NCBI RefSeq assembly: GCF_963921235.1
Contig: NC_086097.1
Span: 69,876,001 to 69,940,000, forward strand
DNA: 64,000 nt
Direction: 5' to 3'
Source: Mobula hypostoma
Lineage: Eukaryota
Shown here: one piece after another, positions 37,725-51,630 of the stretch
Numbering within the stretch: position 1 is the stretch's first letter
How the letters are laid out: every line of letters begins with the position of its first letter
Notes under the pieces: model-generated
Databases searched by the model: none
What the model was told of the DNA's origin: nothing
What the model saw: the letters and a program-made list of their open reading frames with translations, nothing else
Program-made: the position numbers and the translations under genes

Positions 37725-40700
37725 GACCATAGACTATAAGAGATAGGAGCAGAAGTAGGCCATTCAGCCTATCAAGTGCTCTCATTTCATTATGGCTGAT
37801 CTATTTTCCATTTCAATCCCATTCTTCTGCCTTCTCCCCATAACTTTTCATGCCTTGACTAATCAAGAACCTATCAATCTCCCTAAATACAGTCAAATGA
37901 CCTGGCCAATGGCAATGAATTCCACAAATTCACCACCCTCTTGCTAAATAAATTCCTCCTCCTCCATTCTGTATGTCCCTCTATTCTGAGGGTGTTCGCT
38001 CTGGTCCTAGACTCCCCTACTATAGAAAGTATCCTCACTGCATCTGCTCTATGTTTGGCAAAAGAATAAATCAAGGAAGGTAGTGCACCCATGGCTGACA
38101 AGAGAAATTAGGGATAGTATCAATTCCAAAGAAGAAGCATACAAATTAGCCAGAGAAAGTGGCTCACTTGAGGACTGGGAGAAATTCAGAGTTCAGCAGA
38201 GGAGAACAAAGGGCTTAATTAGGAAGGGGAAAAAAGATTATGAGAGAAAACTGGCAGGGAACATAAAAACTGCCTGTAAAAGCTTTTGTAGATATGTAAA
38301 AAGGAAAAGACTGGTAAAGACAAATGTAGGTCCCCTACAGACAGAAACGGGTGAATTGATTATGGGGAGCAAGGGCATGGCAGACCAATTGAATAATTAC
38401 TTTGGTTCCGTCTTCACTAAGGAGGACATAAATAATCTTCCAGAAATAGTAGGGGACAGAGGGTCCAGTGAGATGGAGGAACTGAGCGAAATACTTGTTA
38501 GTAGGGAAGTGGTGTTAGGTAAATTGAAGGGATTGAAGGCAGATAAATCCCCAGGGCCAGATGGTCTGCATCCTAGAGTGCTTAAGGAAGTAGCCCAAGA
38601 AATAGTGGATGCATTAGTGATAATTTTTCAAAACTCGTTAGATTCTGGACTAGTTCCTGAGGATTGGAGGGTGGCTAATGTAACCCCACTTTTTAAAAAA
38701 GGAGGGAGAGAGAAACCGGGGAATTATAGACCGGTTAGCCTAACGTCGGTGGTGGGGAAACTGCTAGAGTCAGTTATCAAAGATGTGATAACAGCACATT
38801 TGGAAAGCAGTGAGATCATCGGACAAAGTCAATATGGATTTGTGAAAGGAAAATCATGTCTGACGAATCTCATAGAATTTTTTGAGGATGTAACCAGTAG
38901 AGTTGATAGGGGAGAACCAGTGGATGTGGTATATTTGGATTTTCAAAAGGCTTTTGACAAGGTCCCACACAGGAGATTAGTGTGCAAACTTAAAGCACAA
39001 GGTATTGGGAGTAAGGTATTGATGTGGATAGAGAATTGGTTAGCAGACAGGAAGCAAAGAGTGGGAATAAACGGGACCTTTTCAGAATGGCAGGCGGTGA
39101 CTAGTGGGGTACCGCAAGGCTCAGTGCTGGGACCCCAGTTGTTTACAATATATATTAATGACTTGGATGAGGGAATTAAATGCAGCATCTCCAAGTTTGC
39201 GGATGACACGAAGCTGGGTGGCAGTGTTAGCTGTGAGAAGGATGCTAAGAGGATGCAGAGTGACTTGGATAGGTTGGGTGAGTGGGCAAATTCATGGCAG
39301 ATGCAATTTAATGTGGATAAATGTGAAGTTATCCACTTTGGTGGCAAAAATAGGAAAACAGATTATTATCTGAATGGTGGCCGATTAGGAAAAGGGGAGG
39401 TGCAACGAGACCTGGGTGTCATTATACACCAGTCATTGAAAGTGGGCATGCAGGTACAGCAGGCGGTGAAAAAGGCGAATGGTATGCTGGCATTTATAGC
39501 GAGAGGATTCAAGTACAGGAGCAGGGAGGTACTACTGCAGTTGTACAAGGCCTTGGTGAGACCACACCTGGAGTATTGTGTGCAGTTTTGGTCCCCTAAT
39601 CTGAGGAAAGACATCCTTGCCATAGAGGGAGTACAAAGAAGGTTCACCAGATTGATTCCTGGGATGGCAGGACTTTCATATGAAGAAAGACTGGATGAAC
39701 TGGGCTTGTACTCGTTGGAATTTAGAAGATTTGAGGGGGGATCTGATTGAAACGTATAAAATCCTAAAGGGATTGGACAGGCTAGATGCAGGAAGATTGT
39801 TCCCGATGTTGGGGAAGTCCAGAACAAGGGGTCACAGTTTGAGGATAAAGGGGAAGCCTTTTAGGACTGAGATTAGGAAAAACTTCTTCACACAGAGAGT
39901 GGTGAATCTGTGGAATTCTCTGCCACAGGAAACAGTTGAGGCCAGTTCATTGGCTATATTTAAGAGGGAGTTAGATATGGCCCTTGTGGCTACGGGGATC
40001 AGGGGGTATGGAGGGAAGGCTGGGGCGGGGTTCTGAGTTGGATGATCAGCCATGATCATAATAAATGGCGGTGCAGGCTCGAAGGGCCGAATGGCCTACT
40101 CCTGCACCTATTTTCTATGTTTCTATCTAGGCCTTTCAACATTCGATAGGTTTCAATGATATAGCCCCTCATTCTTCTAAATTCCAGCGAGTACAGGCCT
40201 AAAGCCATCAAGTGCTCCTTATCCTCATTCCTTTTCATTCCAGGAATCATTCTTGGGAATCTCCTCTGAACCCTCTCCAATGTCAGTACATCCTTTCTTA
40301 GACAAGGGGCACACACTGCTTACAATACTCCAAATGAGGCCTCACTTGTGCCTTGTAAAGCCTCAGCATTATGTCCTTCCTTTTATATCCTAGTACTCTC
40401 AAAATAAATGTTAACATTCCATTTGCTTTCTCACAATTGACTTAACCTGCAAGTTAACATTCAGGGAATCCTGCACAAAAGCTCCCAAGTTATTTGAATT
40501 TTTGATTTTCTGCCCATTTAGAAAATAGGCTATGCTATTTTCATTCTACAAAGTGCACGACCATACACTTTCTGTAACTATTCCATCTGTCAATTCTTTG
40601 CCAATTCTCCTAATCTAAGTCTTTATACTACCTCCCTGCTTCTGCAATACTACCTGCCCCTGCACCTATCTTGATATCATCCACAAAGCTATCAATTCCA

Positions 40701-42980
40701 TCATCCAAATTGCTGGCATATGATGTGAAAAGAAGTGGTCCCAACAACCTCTGTAGAACACTGCTAGTCACCTGCAGCCGACCAGAAAAGGCTTCCTTTA
40801 TTTCCACTGTTTGCCTTCTGCCAATCAGTATATCCTCTATCCATGCTGGTGTCTTTTCTGTAATACCATGCTCTCTTGTTAAGCAGTCTCATGTGCAGCA
40901 CCTTGACAAAGGCCTTCTGAAAATCCAAGTACATAATGCCCACTGATTCTATTCTGCTTGTTATTTCTTCAAAGAATTTGGACTGATTTGTCAGGCAAGA
41001 TTTTCCCTTAAGGAAACCATGTTGAGTTTGGCCTATTTTATCATGTGCATCCAAGTACCCTGAGACTTCATCCTTTTACAATCCTCCCAATTATTGAAGT
41101 CAGAGTAACTGGCCTATAATTTCCTTTGTTCTGCTTCCCTCCCTTCTTGAAGAGTGGAATTTTCCAGGACTCCGGAACCATGCTAGAATCTAGTGATTCT
41201 TGAAAGATCAGTAGTAATGCCTCCACAGTCTCTTCAGCTACCATATTCAGAACCCTGGGGTATAGTCCATCTGATCTACCTTACCAAGCATCTTCTCCCT
41301 AGTAATAGTTAATGCACTCACTTCTGCCCTCTGACACTCTCAAGCTTCCGCCATACTGTTCGGGTCTTCCACTGTGAGGGCGGATACAAAATACTTATTT
41401 GGTTTGTCCGCCATTCCCTTGTCCTCCATAAGTACCTATCCAGCGATCTGACATCTTCTCTCGCCTCTTTTTTTTAAACTCTATTTATCGGGGGGAAAAA
41501 AGCTTTTGATATCCTTTTCGATATTATTGACCAGCTTATCTTCATATTCCATCTTTTGCTTATAGTTTTCTTAGTTGCCTTCTGTTGGTTTTTAAAGGCT
41601 TCCCAATCCTCTTAACTTCCCACTAATTTTTGCTTTACTGTAGGCCCTCCCTTTTGCTTTTATGTTGTTTATGACATTCCTTATCAGTCTGTCTTTAAAA
41701 TACTTTTTCTTTGGGATATATCTATCTTAAGCTTTCTGAATTGCTCCCAGAAACTCCAATCACTGCAATTCTGCTAATGTCCTCTTCAAATCAACTTCGG
41801 TCAGCTCCTCTCTCATTCCTCTATAAACCCTTTACTGCACAGTAATACTGATTCATCTGAATTTAGCTTCTCCCTCTCAAACTGCAAGGTAAATTCTATC
41901 ATATTATTATTACTGGCCTCTAAGGGTTCCTTTACCTTAAGCTCTCTTATGAATTCCAGTTCATTGCACGACACCCAATCCAGAAGTAGCTGTTCCCCTA
42001 GTGCGCTCAAACATGAACTGCTGTAAAAAGCCACCACATAGGCATTCTACAAATTCTCTATCTTGGGATCCAGCACCAGCCTGATTTTTCCAATCTACCT
42101 GTGTATTGAAATCCCCCATGATTATCCATGAGGGGTTAACTTCACCGAGAAGGATTCTACATCTTCCAATCCTATGTCACCTCTTTGTAAGGATTTGATT
42201 TCTACAGAGCCCAACCCTTCTGCCTACCTGTCTGTCCTTTCAATACAATATGTATCCTTGGAAGTTAAGCTCCCAACTATGATTTTCTTTCAGACAAGAC
42301 CTTATTCTATATACTGCATACATTCAAATATAACAACTTCAATCCTGTATTCATGAGGCTTTTATATTTTGCCCCCATGTTACACTGCAACTCATCCCGC
42401 TGACTACAATTTTGCCCCATCATCTATCTGTCCTTTGTGACAGTCCCACTGCACAGTGCATCTAGTTGTGTACCAACTGCCTAATCCTCAGCCCTATCAC
42501 TCTAGTTCCCATCCCCTTGCCAAATTAGTTTAAAGCCTCCCCTGCAGCTCAAGCAACCCTGCTCACAAGGATATTGGTCCCCTTCAGGTTCAGGTGTAAC
42601 CTGTTCCTTTTGTACAGTTCATACATACCCTGGAAGGGATCCCAAAGATCCAGAAATCTGAAGACCTGCCTCTGGCTCCAGTTCTTTGGCCATGCATTCA
42701 TGTGCCAAATCATCTATTCTCACTTGCACTGGCATGTGGCACAGGCAGCAATCCAGAGATGACTACCTTGGAGATCCTGCTTTTCAGCTTTCTACCCAAC
42801 TTCCTAAATTCTCTCTTCAGGATCTCCTCCCTTTTCCTACTTGCGTTGGTGATACCAATGTGCACCAAGACTTTTGTCTGCTCATCCTCACCCTTCTGAA
42901 TGCCATGGACCCGATCCGAGACATCCATGACCTTGGCATCTGGGAAGTAACTTACCATTTGGGTGTCTCTTTCACGAGTG
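37725..42980 (-). mobile_element. Old CR1 LINE split by a younger CR1 insertion
   Basis: 3' end at ~37725; RT remnants (QHGFLKGKSCLTN, YLDFQKAF, LERVQRRF) at 40127-41100; ORF1 esterase remnant at 42710-42958. Confidence 0.85.
38053..40126 (+). mobile_element. Young 5'-truncated CR1 LINE with nearly intact RT ORF
   Basis: 555-aa ORF (KSPGPDG, YLDFQKAFDKV, GVPQGSVLGP, KFADD); one frameshift near 39731, C-terminus continues to 40036; (TTTCTATG) tail; TCTAT at both junctions. Confidence 0.93.
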
Positions 42981-43419
42981 AGGAAGAATATTAATGAATT
43001 GGGAGCAATACTGAGAAACTTTGCTAGATTAGTAATTGGGGAAAAGTGGGTTGTTTTGAGGAGAGATTAGATAGGTTAGGCTTGAATCATGTGGAATTTA
43101 GAAGAGAACAAAGGATTTGATTGTGATATACAGAATCAATGGGAAGAGGATGGTTCCTGTTATGGGAGAATTTAAGAAACGGACCACTTTTTAAAAGTAA
43201 GATTTGCCATTTAAAGTACTGGTGAGGCTAATCTTTTTTGCCCCATTGATTCTCTTCCTCAAAGAATGGTGGAAGCAGAATTGAAATATTCTTAAGGCAG
43301 AGGTAGGTATATGGGAATGTTAATTTGATTGAGGTTAAATAAAATGATGGTTAATCTGAATGTAATGACAGAGCAGACTTGAAGCCCAGTGGCATTATCC
43401 TGGCTTCTAATTTACTTGT

Positions 43420-43765
43420 ACACTGCTTCGACAGGTGGGCTAAACCAGAACAGGATAGCCAGGGGGCCTCACAGCCAACATGTCCTAACATGTGAAGTCA
43501 GCTCTGGTAGACTGGGCAGACGAGATCAACAGTGAGATCCAACGACCGGGAAGGCGGTTCTGCAGTGCTTCGTGAAGAGTGAAGGGCATGACAAAAGAAG
43601 CCATGGTCATCTACTGCAACCAAGGTTATCCCCAGTTTATGATGATTACTTTGTACCACTGGAACCAGTCTTCTGAGGTCAAGAATGGAACTGCCCCAGA
43701 GCAATGGCTTTCACACTTTAAAAACTCCTGCATAGCTCTCCTGTCATTACTGGATATGACAGACA
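43420..43765 (+). mobile_element. Probable RTE-type LINE/SINE remnant
   Basis: GC-richer island resembling RTE 5'UTR-derived repeats; family assignment from memory only. Confidence 0.35.
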
Positions 43766-44012
43766 GTCAACAACAATTTACTGGTATGTATGCTAATTCA
43801 CGTGAACCTTCGTATATTTTGTCTAAGTGGCAATTTTTTAATAAGATACATTTGAAACTGATCAAAAGCTTTTCTACCAGAAAGGGTAACTCTATTCTAA
43901 CCCATATTTCCAGCAAGAATTACAAGCTGATAATCAATAAAAAGGACTCTGGTTTGTTTTCAACCAGCTTTCTTCAGCAGCATTGAAAAGTTTGTTAAGA
44001 TTAGTTAGTTAG

Positions 44013-44104
44013 TTTGTTTAACTGGTACTGTGTCCTTCAGCAGAATTCCAGAGAAGTTTTGTTTAACTGGTACTGTGTCCTTCAGCAGAATTCCAGAGAA
44101 GTTT
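44013..44104. repeat. Perfect 45-bp tandem duplication (2 copies)
   Basis: TTTGTTTAACTGGTACTGTGTCCTTCAGCAGAATTCCAGAGAAGT starting at 44013 and 44058. Confidence 0.95.
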
Positions 44105-45166
44105 CTACTTGTGTCTTTTCAATAAATGTATCTATAGTCATAATATGTAATTAGATTGGCTCACTTCAGACTTCCATTATTGGCTGCAGCAGAGGAAATA
44201 TTGAAGTACTGGGAATTAAAAGTAAGATTATAAAAGCTTTCCCAAGTAACTGGTATCTTTAAATTCAATCCACATTAAAATGCAGAATGCAATTAGCCAT
44301 TTGATAAGTTAACAGTCTAAATACAGAATGTTGTTTTACAAAAAAAGGGAAGGCTCTACTTTCAGACTACCATAATCGATTTATTTCTGATAGATCATGG
44401 AATCCATCCAATAAGATTATTGTGAATAGTTCATTACATTTATAGTTTGTAATAAAACAGTTTAAAAATTACATAATAGAAAATTTCATTGCTAAATGAT
44501 TCATGCCACCATAAATTTGTTTTAGAAGATATTTTGTATTTCACAGAAAGATTGTATGATGTTCTTTAGATGTAAAACATTTTAGGGAGACTCAGTGCTT
44601 AGGATCAATCTCATTTTGAAGAGGATTATTTATTAATGAATAGTAACATTTTTGGAGAGTTGCTAAATTAATCTTGAGTATAATTATGTCATATGATACC
44701 AATTTCCCAACTCAAATGTAATAATAGATTGTGAGATTTATTGCAAACAATGAGATATTTTGCAAAGTGGCTTGCATAACATTCAGGCACATAGAAGACA
44801 CATTAAATGTAATTTGCATTTAAATATTTAACTGAGGTTACGTGTCAGTGAAATCAAATGGCCATCAATGTTTTTCCAACACTCTCACTGAACCTACAAC
44901 AACATTTTCCTCAAACATGCAATTGTCTCTTGCACAATACAAGCAGTTTATAAATGCATCTTTGTACATAAATGTAATTAAGCTTTTCCAGTGCTGCTGT
45001 CAGTTTGGATAGTTTGTAGGAGTAATGGCACATGCAGGACTGTTTGTTAATAATCAGGCCTAGATTTCTACAAAATATTGCACTATCACATTTGTTAGTA
45101 TTGTCATAAGAGATCTAATATGTTGTTGATAAAAGATTCCCTTTGAATATCAAAGCAGGTGCTGGA

Positions 45167-45342
45167 TCACATTGCTTTTGCTGAATAGTCGTTGCAAATT
45201 CCTTTAAGAATATCAGGCACCAATTTGTTCACCATTGGGAAATCTTTCGCAAAGAAATTATGTGAATCTTTAGGTTCTGAAGCCATCGCTCTGAGTTCAT
45301 TTGGCATTGCCCATGAAATTCCAACTGAATAAACTATGACAC
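45167..45342 (-). CDS. COCH: Cochlin terminal coding exon (GVIVYSVGISWAMPNELRAMASEPKDSHNFFAKDFPMVNKLVPDILKGICNDYSAKAM*)
   Basis: tttcag acceptor; 176 bp to TGA; matches cochlin C-terminus (MASKPKESH..GICRDF). Confidence 0.95.
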
Positions 45343-46138
45343 CTGAAAGGGGAAAAAAAGTACATGAATACTTGGGAGAAATATTTCATTGTTGAAATCC
45401 AAACCAATATCACCTAAGCTTCCTTGGGGTATAGTATATTATTTTGTAGGATTCTGCCTCTTAAATTACTCGAGTTTTTAGCCAAAGTTTGATTGCCAGA
45501 GACATAACATGATGGTTTTAGTGGGCAACCTTTTAAAGCATTGCAGCAAGATTTAATGAATATGGCTCCTCAATTTTCAAATAGAATTTTTTTTATCGTA
45601 CAAACATCAAATCACCACAAGTACTAAGCTATTAAAATATCAGTTGGGGTTGTAAATTTCTTTTGTCTAAGATGGTTGTTGTTACACTGCCACTATTTTT
45701 TTAAAGGTTTAAGACTAATGACAGCAAATTGAGTTCTAAACCTTTACTCTGATAAAGCAGATTTTCATTATCCCTCTATCCTTCTAACAATTACTTTATG
45801 TATTTTGATCTTGAAATTGGTTAATTCCATTTTCTCTTTTTGGCTTCCTCATAATTTTATAAATATTAGCTTTAATTCTGGTGCTAGAAATGGATTACTA
45901 GGTTAAAGCTCCTCCTTTGTCTTTTCTATATCTCTAAAATACAGTTCCTTTTAAAAGTATTTAGCTGCCAACCCTTTGTTCACATAAATCAGTATTACAA
46001 CCAGGGATTTTGATCAATTTCACTGAGAATTTTTATTTGTGAATCACATGCTCCTTTTTTCATTGTAGATTCCAAAAAAAGGGGGAAATTGTAAAGCATG
46101 AGAAACTAAAAACAGTTGAAAAATATTTATTCCCTGTG

Positions 46139-47144
46139 CTCAATACTCAGTTAAACCATCTCTCGCAGCTATTACAGACAGTAGTCTTTTTGGATTAGTC
46201 TCTATTAGCTTTGCACAAAGTGGTGGAGCAAGTTTTGTCCATTCCTCCTTGCAAATTTGCTCAAACTGTGCCAGTGGACAACAATCAGATGTTTGATTGA
46301 GTTAAGGTCAGGACTCTGGGCCACTCAAGGGATAATTTTTCTTCATTTAAAGCCACTCTGCGGTTGCTTTGGCAGTGTGTTTTGGGTCATTGTCCTGATG
46401 AAAGACTAACCTCCTCCCCAGTTTGAGCTTTCTGGCAGAGGCCAGCAGGTTTTTTAATCCAGGATCTCTGTATTTAGCAGCATTCATCTTCCCATCAATC
46501 ATGACCAGAATTCCAGTCCCTCCTGCTGAAAAGCATCCCCTGTTCCCAGTAATTTAATAATCCATTTCAAATGCATTTTTAAATTACCAGAATTAAAGTG
46601 GCTGTGGTTTCATGTTTTTTTTTCCAGTTTTTCACAATGGACTGCACTGAGCTCCGAGATATGTTCAGTGCCTTTGAGATGGTCTTATAGCCTCCCCAGA
46701 TTTGTGCTTCTCTATTATCATTTCCCTGAGTATATTTAATGTACTTTTGTGTTCATTTTGGTTTGGTCTGTTGAAAACCTACTATAGTGTTAGACCTAAC
46801 AGAGAGAGGGGGTATTCTTATGAATTCATTGAAAAAAAGGTGATCCTTCTATCTTCTGCATCAACAAATTGGTTGTGTTGGAAGATAATATAGATTATTG
46901 CACCCGAGGAAAGTTAGTGTAGTAATTGCAAATGGGATAAATACCTTTTCAGCCTTACAATTCTGGTTTTTAACTTTTAGTAAATTGTCAACAGCTTTTG
47001 AAATTTTTCTTTTGATTTGATATGATGCATAACAGTTTACAGATTAACTCAAAAATATCCTACTTCAATATATTTTAAATTTAGAAAATGAGACGGTAAA
47101 ATGTGAAAATAGTTGTGGGGGCTGAGTACTTTGTCAAGGCAGTG
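46139..47144 (-). mobile_element. Tc1/mariner DNA transposon remnant in the last COCH intron
   Basis: - strand [18 protein letters not shown] and EWP..SPDLN.I transposase motifs; Tc1-like terminus ending CAGTG+TA at 47144; other TIR not found. Confidence 0.85.
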
Positions 47145-47419
47145 TATATTGGTTTTCAACTTTTAAGTCCTTAAATTTAAAAAATAACCAGTTTTAAAAA
47201 CTTTTGTGAAAGATTTAAGTAAAGTTATATAACAAATTGAATAAGTTAAATAACTTAGGGAATTTGTTTTTTATTTGTGGACAGATCAAATATTGACCAA
47301 TTCAAGTGGTGCTTCTTTAATGCAGTCATCTTTAACGATGCAGAATTCCGTAAGCATTTTCCTGCCAAGAGGATCACAAAAGGTAGGATTGTATTCTTAA
47401 TTAAAGTTTCACTTTTGAA

Positions 47420-48240
47420 TGTACCAAGGCATGATTGGCAAGTTTGCTGATGATAATAAATTAAGGGGTCTTGTTGATAGTAGAGCAGATTACAATGAAT
47501 TCCAAAGAGATCTTGATCGGTTATGGAGATGGGCTGAGGAGTGGCAAATGGGTTTCAACTTGGATGAAGGTGAGGAGATGCATCTTGAACAGTCAAACCA
47601 AGGTAGGACCTATACATTGAATGGCAAGGCACTGACGAGTGTTGCAATATAGAGGGACCTGGCAGTTAAAGTTACAGGGAGAAGGCAGGAGAATGGGTTT
47701 GAAAGGGATAATAGATCAGCCATAACAGAATGGTAGAGCAGCCTCCATAATCTAATTGGCCTGATTCTGCACTCCATGTCTTATGGAGTATAAGCGCATA
47801 GTTCACTGAAAGTGGCTGCACAAGTAGGAAAGGTGCAGTAGAAACAGAAGGCATTTAGTATGCTGGCCTTCATCAGTCAGGGCACTGAGTTGGGAGGTAG
47901 AGACATTATGTCATTCCTAAGCCTGCACTACGAGTATTGTGTACAGTTTTGGTCACCCTGTGTAGGAAAGACACTGTCAAGCTGAAGAGATTTACAAGGA
48001 TGCTAGACTAGAAGGCCTATGTTCTAGGGAGAAGTTGGCTACGCTGCATCTTTATCATGAGCTGCCAGAGAATGTGGTTGAGGCAGGTACAAATGCTATA
48101 TAAAAGAGGGATTTTCATTAGAACGTGGAGGGAAAGGACCTGGAAGGTTATGAACCAAACACTGGCAACTGGGCCTAGCAGGGAGCACACAGTGCTGCGC
48201 ACATACCAGTTAGTTCAAAGGGCCTGTGCTGTATTATTCT
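47420..48240 (+). mobile_element. Decayed CR1 RT/3' fragments
   Basis: IGKFADDNKL..DLDRLWRWAEEWQMGFN; a short CR1 3' piece appears nested at ~47672-47790. Confidence 0.75.
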
Positions 48241-48755
48241 GACCTATTGTGCCGTGTGGAGTGTACCGTGAAGATATGACAGTCATGTGGTTTATTGTCT
48301 CAACATAAAAGTTTTAAGTATCAAAATAGCATTTGCATTTATGATGACACAAGGGAGTACAGGTGCCAGGATCTGGAGCAGAAAACAATTGCTGAAGAAG
48401 CTTAGTGGGTCAAACACCATCTACAGAGGCAAATGGGTAGTGACATTTTGGTTCGTCATTATGCATTAGGTTTTTAAATAATTTATGATTGTGGTCATCA
48501 TTGCATTCCAAAATTTAGCCTTGCCATCAAAGGAATAAATGGACACTTTAGAAAAAATGGATAGAAAGAGTTAATTAAACTCACAGGTCTTCTACTGGCT
48601 GGTTATGGATTTGCAGTCTCCTCGAGTGGGAAATGACATAAGATGCAGTATATATTAAAGGGCACTTTATATGCCCTGTATATGTTGTAAAAAAAAGACA
48701 ATATATTCTACATTATAGCTAAGATTGAAGTGATATTATTTTATCATCCACCCAC

Positions 48756-49269
48756 CTGCTTGATGTGCCAGAGTTGCTGGACTCTGAACATCATCATAAG
48801 ATTGACCATCAGTGATGACAATCAGCACATTAACGTTGTTGTTCTTGATTTTTCCAAAGAGGTTCTTTAAGGTGTAAGTGAGTGCTTCTCCTGTAGCTGT
48901 GCCACCACTCCAGTAACGGATGCTACTGATGGCATTTAGCACATCATCCTTTGTTAAATGGTCATCAAAATCAAATTCAGTTCTTTGATCATATGTGAAC
49001 TGTACAGCACCAACTCTTGAACCGATCTGATGAATGTCAAAGGGTTTCAAAATTTCACTGATGAAATTCAAAACGGTGCGGAAGTTGCTATCACCAACAC
49101 TGCTTGATCCATCAATTAAGAAGCCAAGGTTGACTGAATTGTGACATGTTCTACTGCATATCATCTGGCTGTGAGAGCACAGCCTTTGTGCTATAGGTTT
49201 TATAAACTTGTACATACCAAACCAGTTTTGGATGGCATAAGAAAATAATCCATTGTTTCTGCAAACAAT
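48756..49269 (-). CDS. COCH: Cochlin vWA2 exon ([11 protein letters not shown]...[14 protein letters not shown]...[12 protein letters not shown]...TDGQSYDDV...AHQA)
   Basis: ttccag/gtggg; 514 bp; intact DxSxS MIDAS motif. Confidence 0.97.
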
Positions 49270-49832
49270 CTGGAATTGAAGAAAAACAATGAAGCATTAT
49301 TATAGTGACACAAGAAATTTTGGATGCGCTAGCAAATTAAGTTCACCCTGATATTTTGTACCAGAACAATGCAATAAAATATATTACTTATTTGAATTTG
49401 GTGGTTAAGTTTTATAATGCTGGTTATCTTTTGCCTAGAACAATATTGCACATTCTACTCTGCTTTTGGAATTGGCTTCCATCAACATCTGTGTCTTTAT
49501 TTATTCCATAAAATGGAATAATTTGACAGAGTAGTTAATTGTGGAAGATTCATTAGCAAATGTTAAAATCTAAAAAGCTACATGATATCCCATTGGTTAC
49601 AAAATTATCTAAAAGGGTTTTAAAATATTACCAGATAGAAAGCAAAATATGAAGCCACCGCCTGAGCAAAATTCACAGCTAACAAAGTGATTGATGGGGG
49701 AAGAACAGGACATAATCAAAATGCTGGTGATGCAATGGATTGGAAATAATAAATACCTTTAACACTTCTATTTTTGTAAATAGAAAACAAATGATTACAT
49801 TATTATACTCTTAATTGCTGCAGTGATCTTAC

Positions 49833-50059
49833 CTTTTCTGCATAATTCTGGTCTCGCACCATTTTTCTCTCTTCAGGAAGGGCTTTTGCAACAGAGACAA
49901 TAAAAACATTAATGCCTGATTCTCTCGCCCGATGTGCAGCGTTTTCAATTTCATCTGAAGGCCATCCATCCACAAGGACAACTACAACTTTTGGATATCC
50001 AGTCCGTGCACCCTTGTTAGGAGTGAAAAAGCCCTCTGTTGTGTGCATCAGTGCTTTAC
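49833..50059 (-). CDS. COCH: Cochlin vWA1 exon (GKALMHT...[17 protein letters not shown]...NVFIVSVAK...YAEK)
   Basis: accag/gtaag; 227 bp; DGWPSD motif. Confidence 0.96.
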
Positions 50060-51379
50060 CTGGTATATACAATGAACATTTTAAGTAAAGAAGTAATTAT
50101 TTAGAAAATTTCTACATAACTTGAGCTGGTCCAGTTAGTACAATCATATGGATGCCAGTAGGAAATACAAGCATCTGTTTTTAGCCTAGTTGGTAGGGAA
50201 CATAAGACATCTTTCTTGCACAGCAGCCCCCCCACCCCCATCCCATCCTTACTGCAAAACAACACATCCATCTCCCAGAAGTTCGCCATTAAATGAAAAG
50301 AAAACTTCTGAACAACTCATTTCATGATACTTTTTTTGTACTGACCTGAAGAAACCAGCACAAGGAATGAGAAACATTAATGCTTTCATGACTGTCCTGG
50401 ATCTCTAAGAAATCTGTGATTTTTGTTAACATTGAGAAGCTATAAACTGGGGCTCCTTTATCTTATTTATTTTAATAAATGTGTAAAATGCAAATGGTTG
50501 GATACATTTTGTAATGGTTGTAGACATATATGCAACTAGTTAATTTTGGGAAAGAAACTAAAAGTGGCCTCTTGGAAGTTTTAGTTTAACATATGAATTT
50601 CCTTATTTGCAAGAAAGAGTTTCAGACCAACTCCTGTAAAGTCCTTTGGAACAGCACCACACTTATTCCCACTGGGATGAACGAAAAAGCAAAGCTTTCT
50701 ACTTTCTTCTGAGTAAATTTTGGAGATCATGTGTAAAACCAGTACTGTCAATCAATATTCAAGTAAAAGTGCTGATGATTGAGGTTTTGATTGGATAGTT
50801 GGTACAATACCCAAAACATAATGTCCACAACCTGCAATAAGTCACTGAGGGTATTTATGTCATAACCCTCAAATGCAGGCATCAATGGAAGATGACTGAT
50901 CTTATTGTACTTCTAGAAGAAACTGTGATTGGTTGTTAGAGAATCTGATAGATTGCTGTCAATATATGTCTTTATTTTTTAAAAAAAAAGGGGGGCAACC
51001 AATGATGCTTTTGACTCCCAGCAGTCTGTTTTGCACCAAAGTCAACTTCCTGAGTTATTTCAGTTTTTTGTCTCTCTCAAATAAGATGTATTTAGAAAGG
51101 GGAGAAATAAAACAGCAGCATCTTCCCAATAAAAGATTGGGAAATTTCCCCTATTAAAGGCAGTGATGGAGAACTGTTATACAAATCACAGAACTTTGAT
51201 TGAAGTGTGCTCACCAAATTTGATTTAAATGTTTACATTTATTTACCATTAATTAATTTGTTTTCTCAGCTCTTCCATATCTCTTTCCCTATAGAATAGG
51301 ATGGTTGCCTTGAAATTAATCTCTGGTTGTTAATCACAGTGAACTGACAGAATTTTTTACTCTGTGTCTGATATTCATT

Positions 51380-51630
51380 TTATTGATTTCAGGGACTATT
51401 ATCGCCCACCCCTCTTCCTTCAATCCCTCCGGCGCTGTTGCATCTAAAGCAACGGAATCCTGGTATACTGAGCTGCCAGAACTGCCCCTCCTGCAAACAA
51501 GTCTCACTAATGACTACAATATCATAATTCCAGGTGTTGATTCTTGCCCCAAGTTCATCTGCCTTTCCTACAATACCCTTATGCACAGCTCAGGATATTA
51601 TTCACACCATGCGCAACCTTTTGCTACACT
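51380..51630 (-). mobile_element. CR1 endonuclease-region fragment
   Basis: IVGKADELGARINTWNYDIVVISET..WQLSIPGFRCFR. Confidence 0.7.

Noticed and set aside
43420..43450. HDV-like ribozyme tail (..GCTTCGACAGGTGGGCTAAACC)
   Set aside because: Only a short fragment; upstream pairing elements not found
44013..44104. CRISPR-like repeat
   Set aside because: Two adjacent copies with no spacers, in eukaryotic DNA
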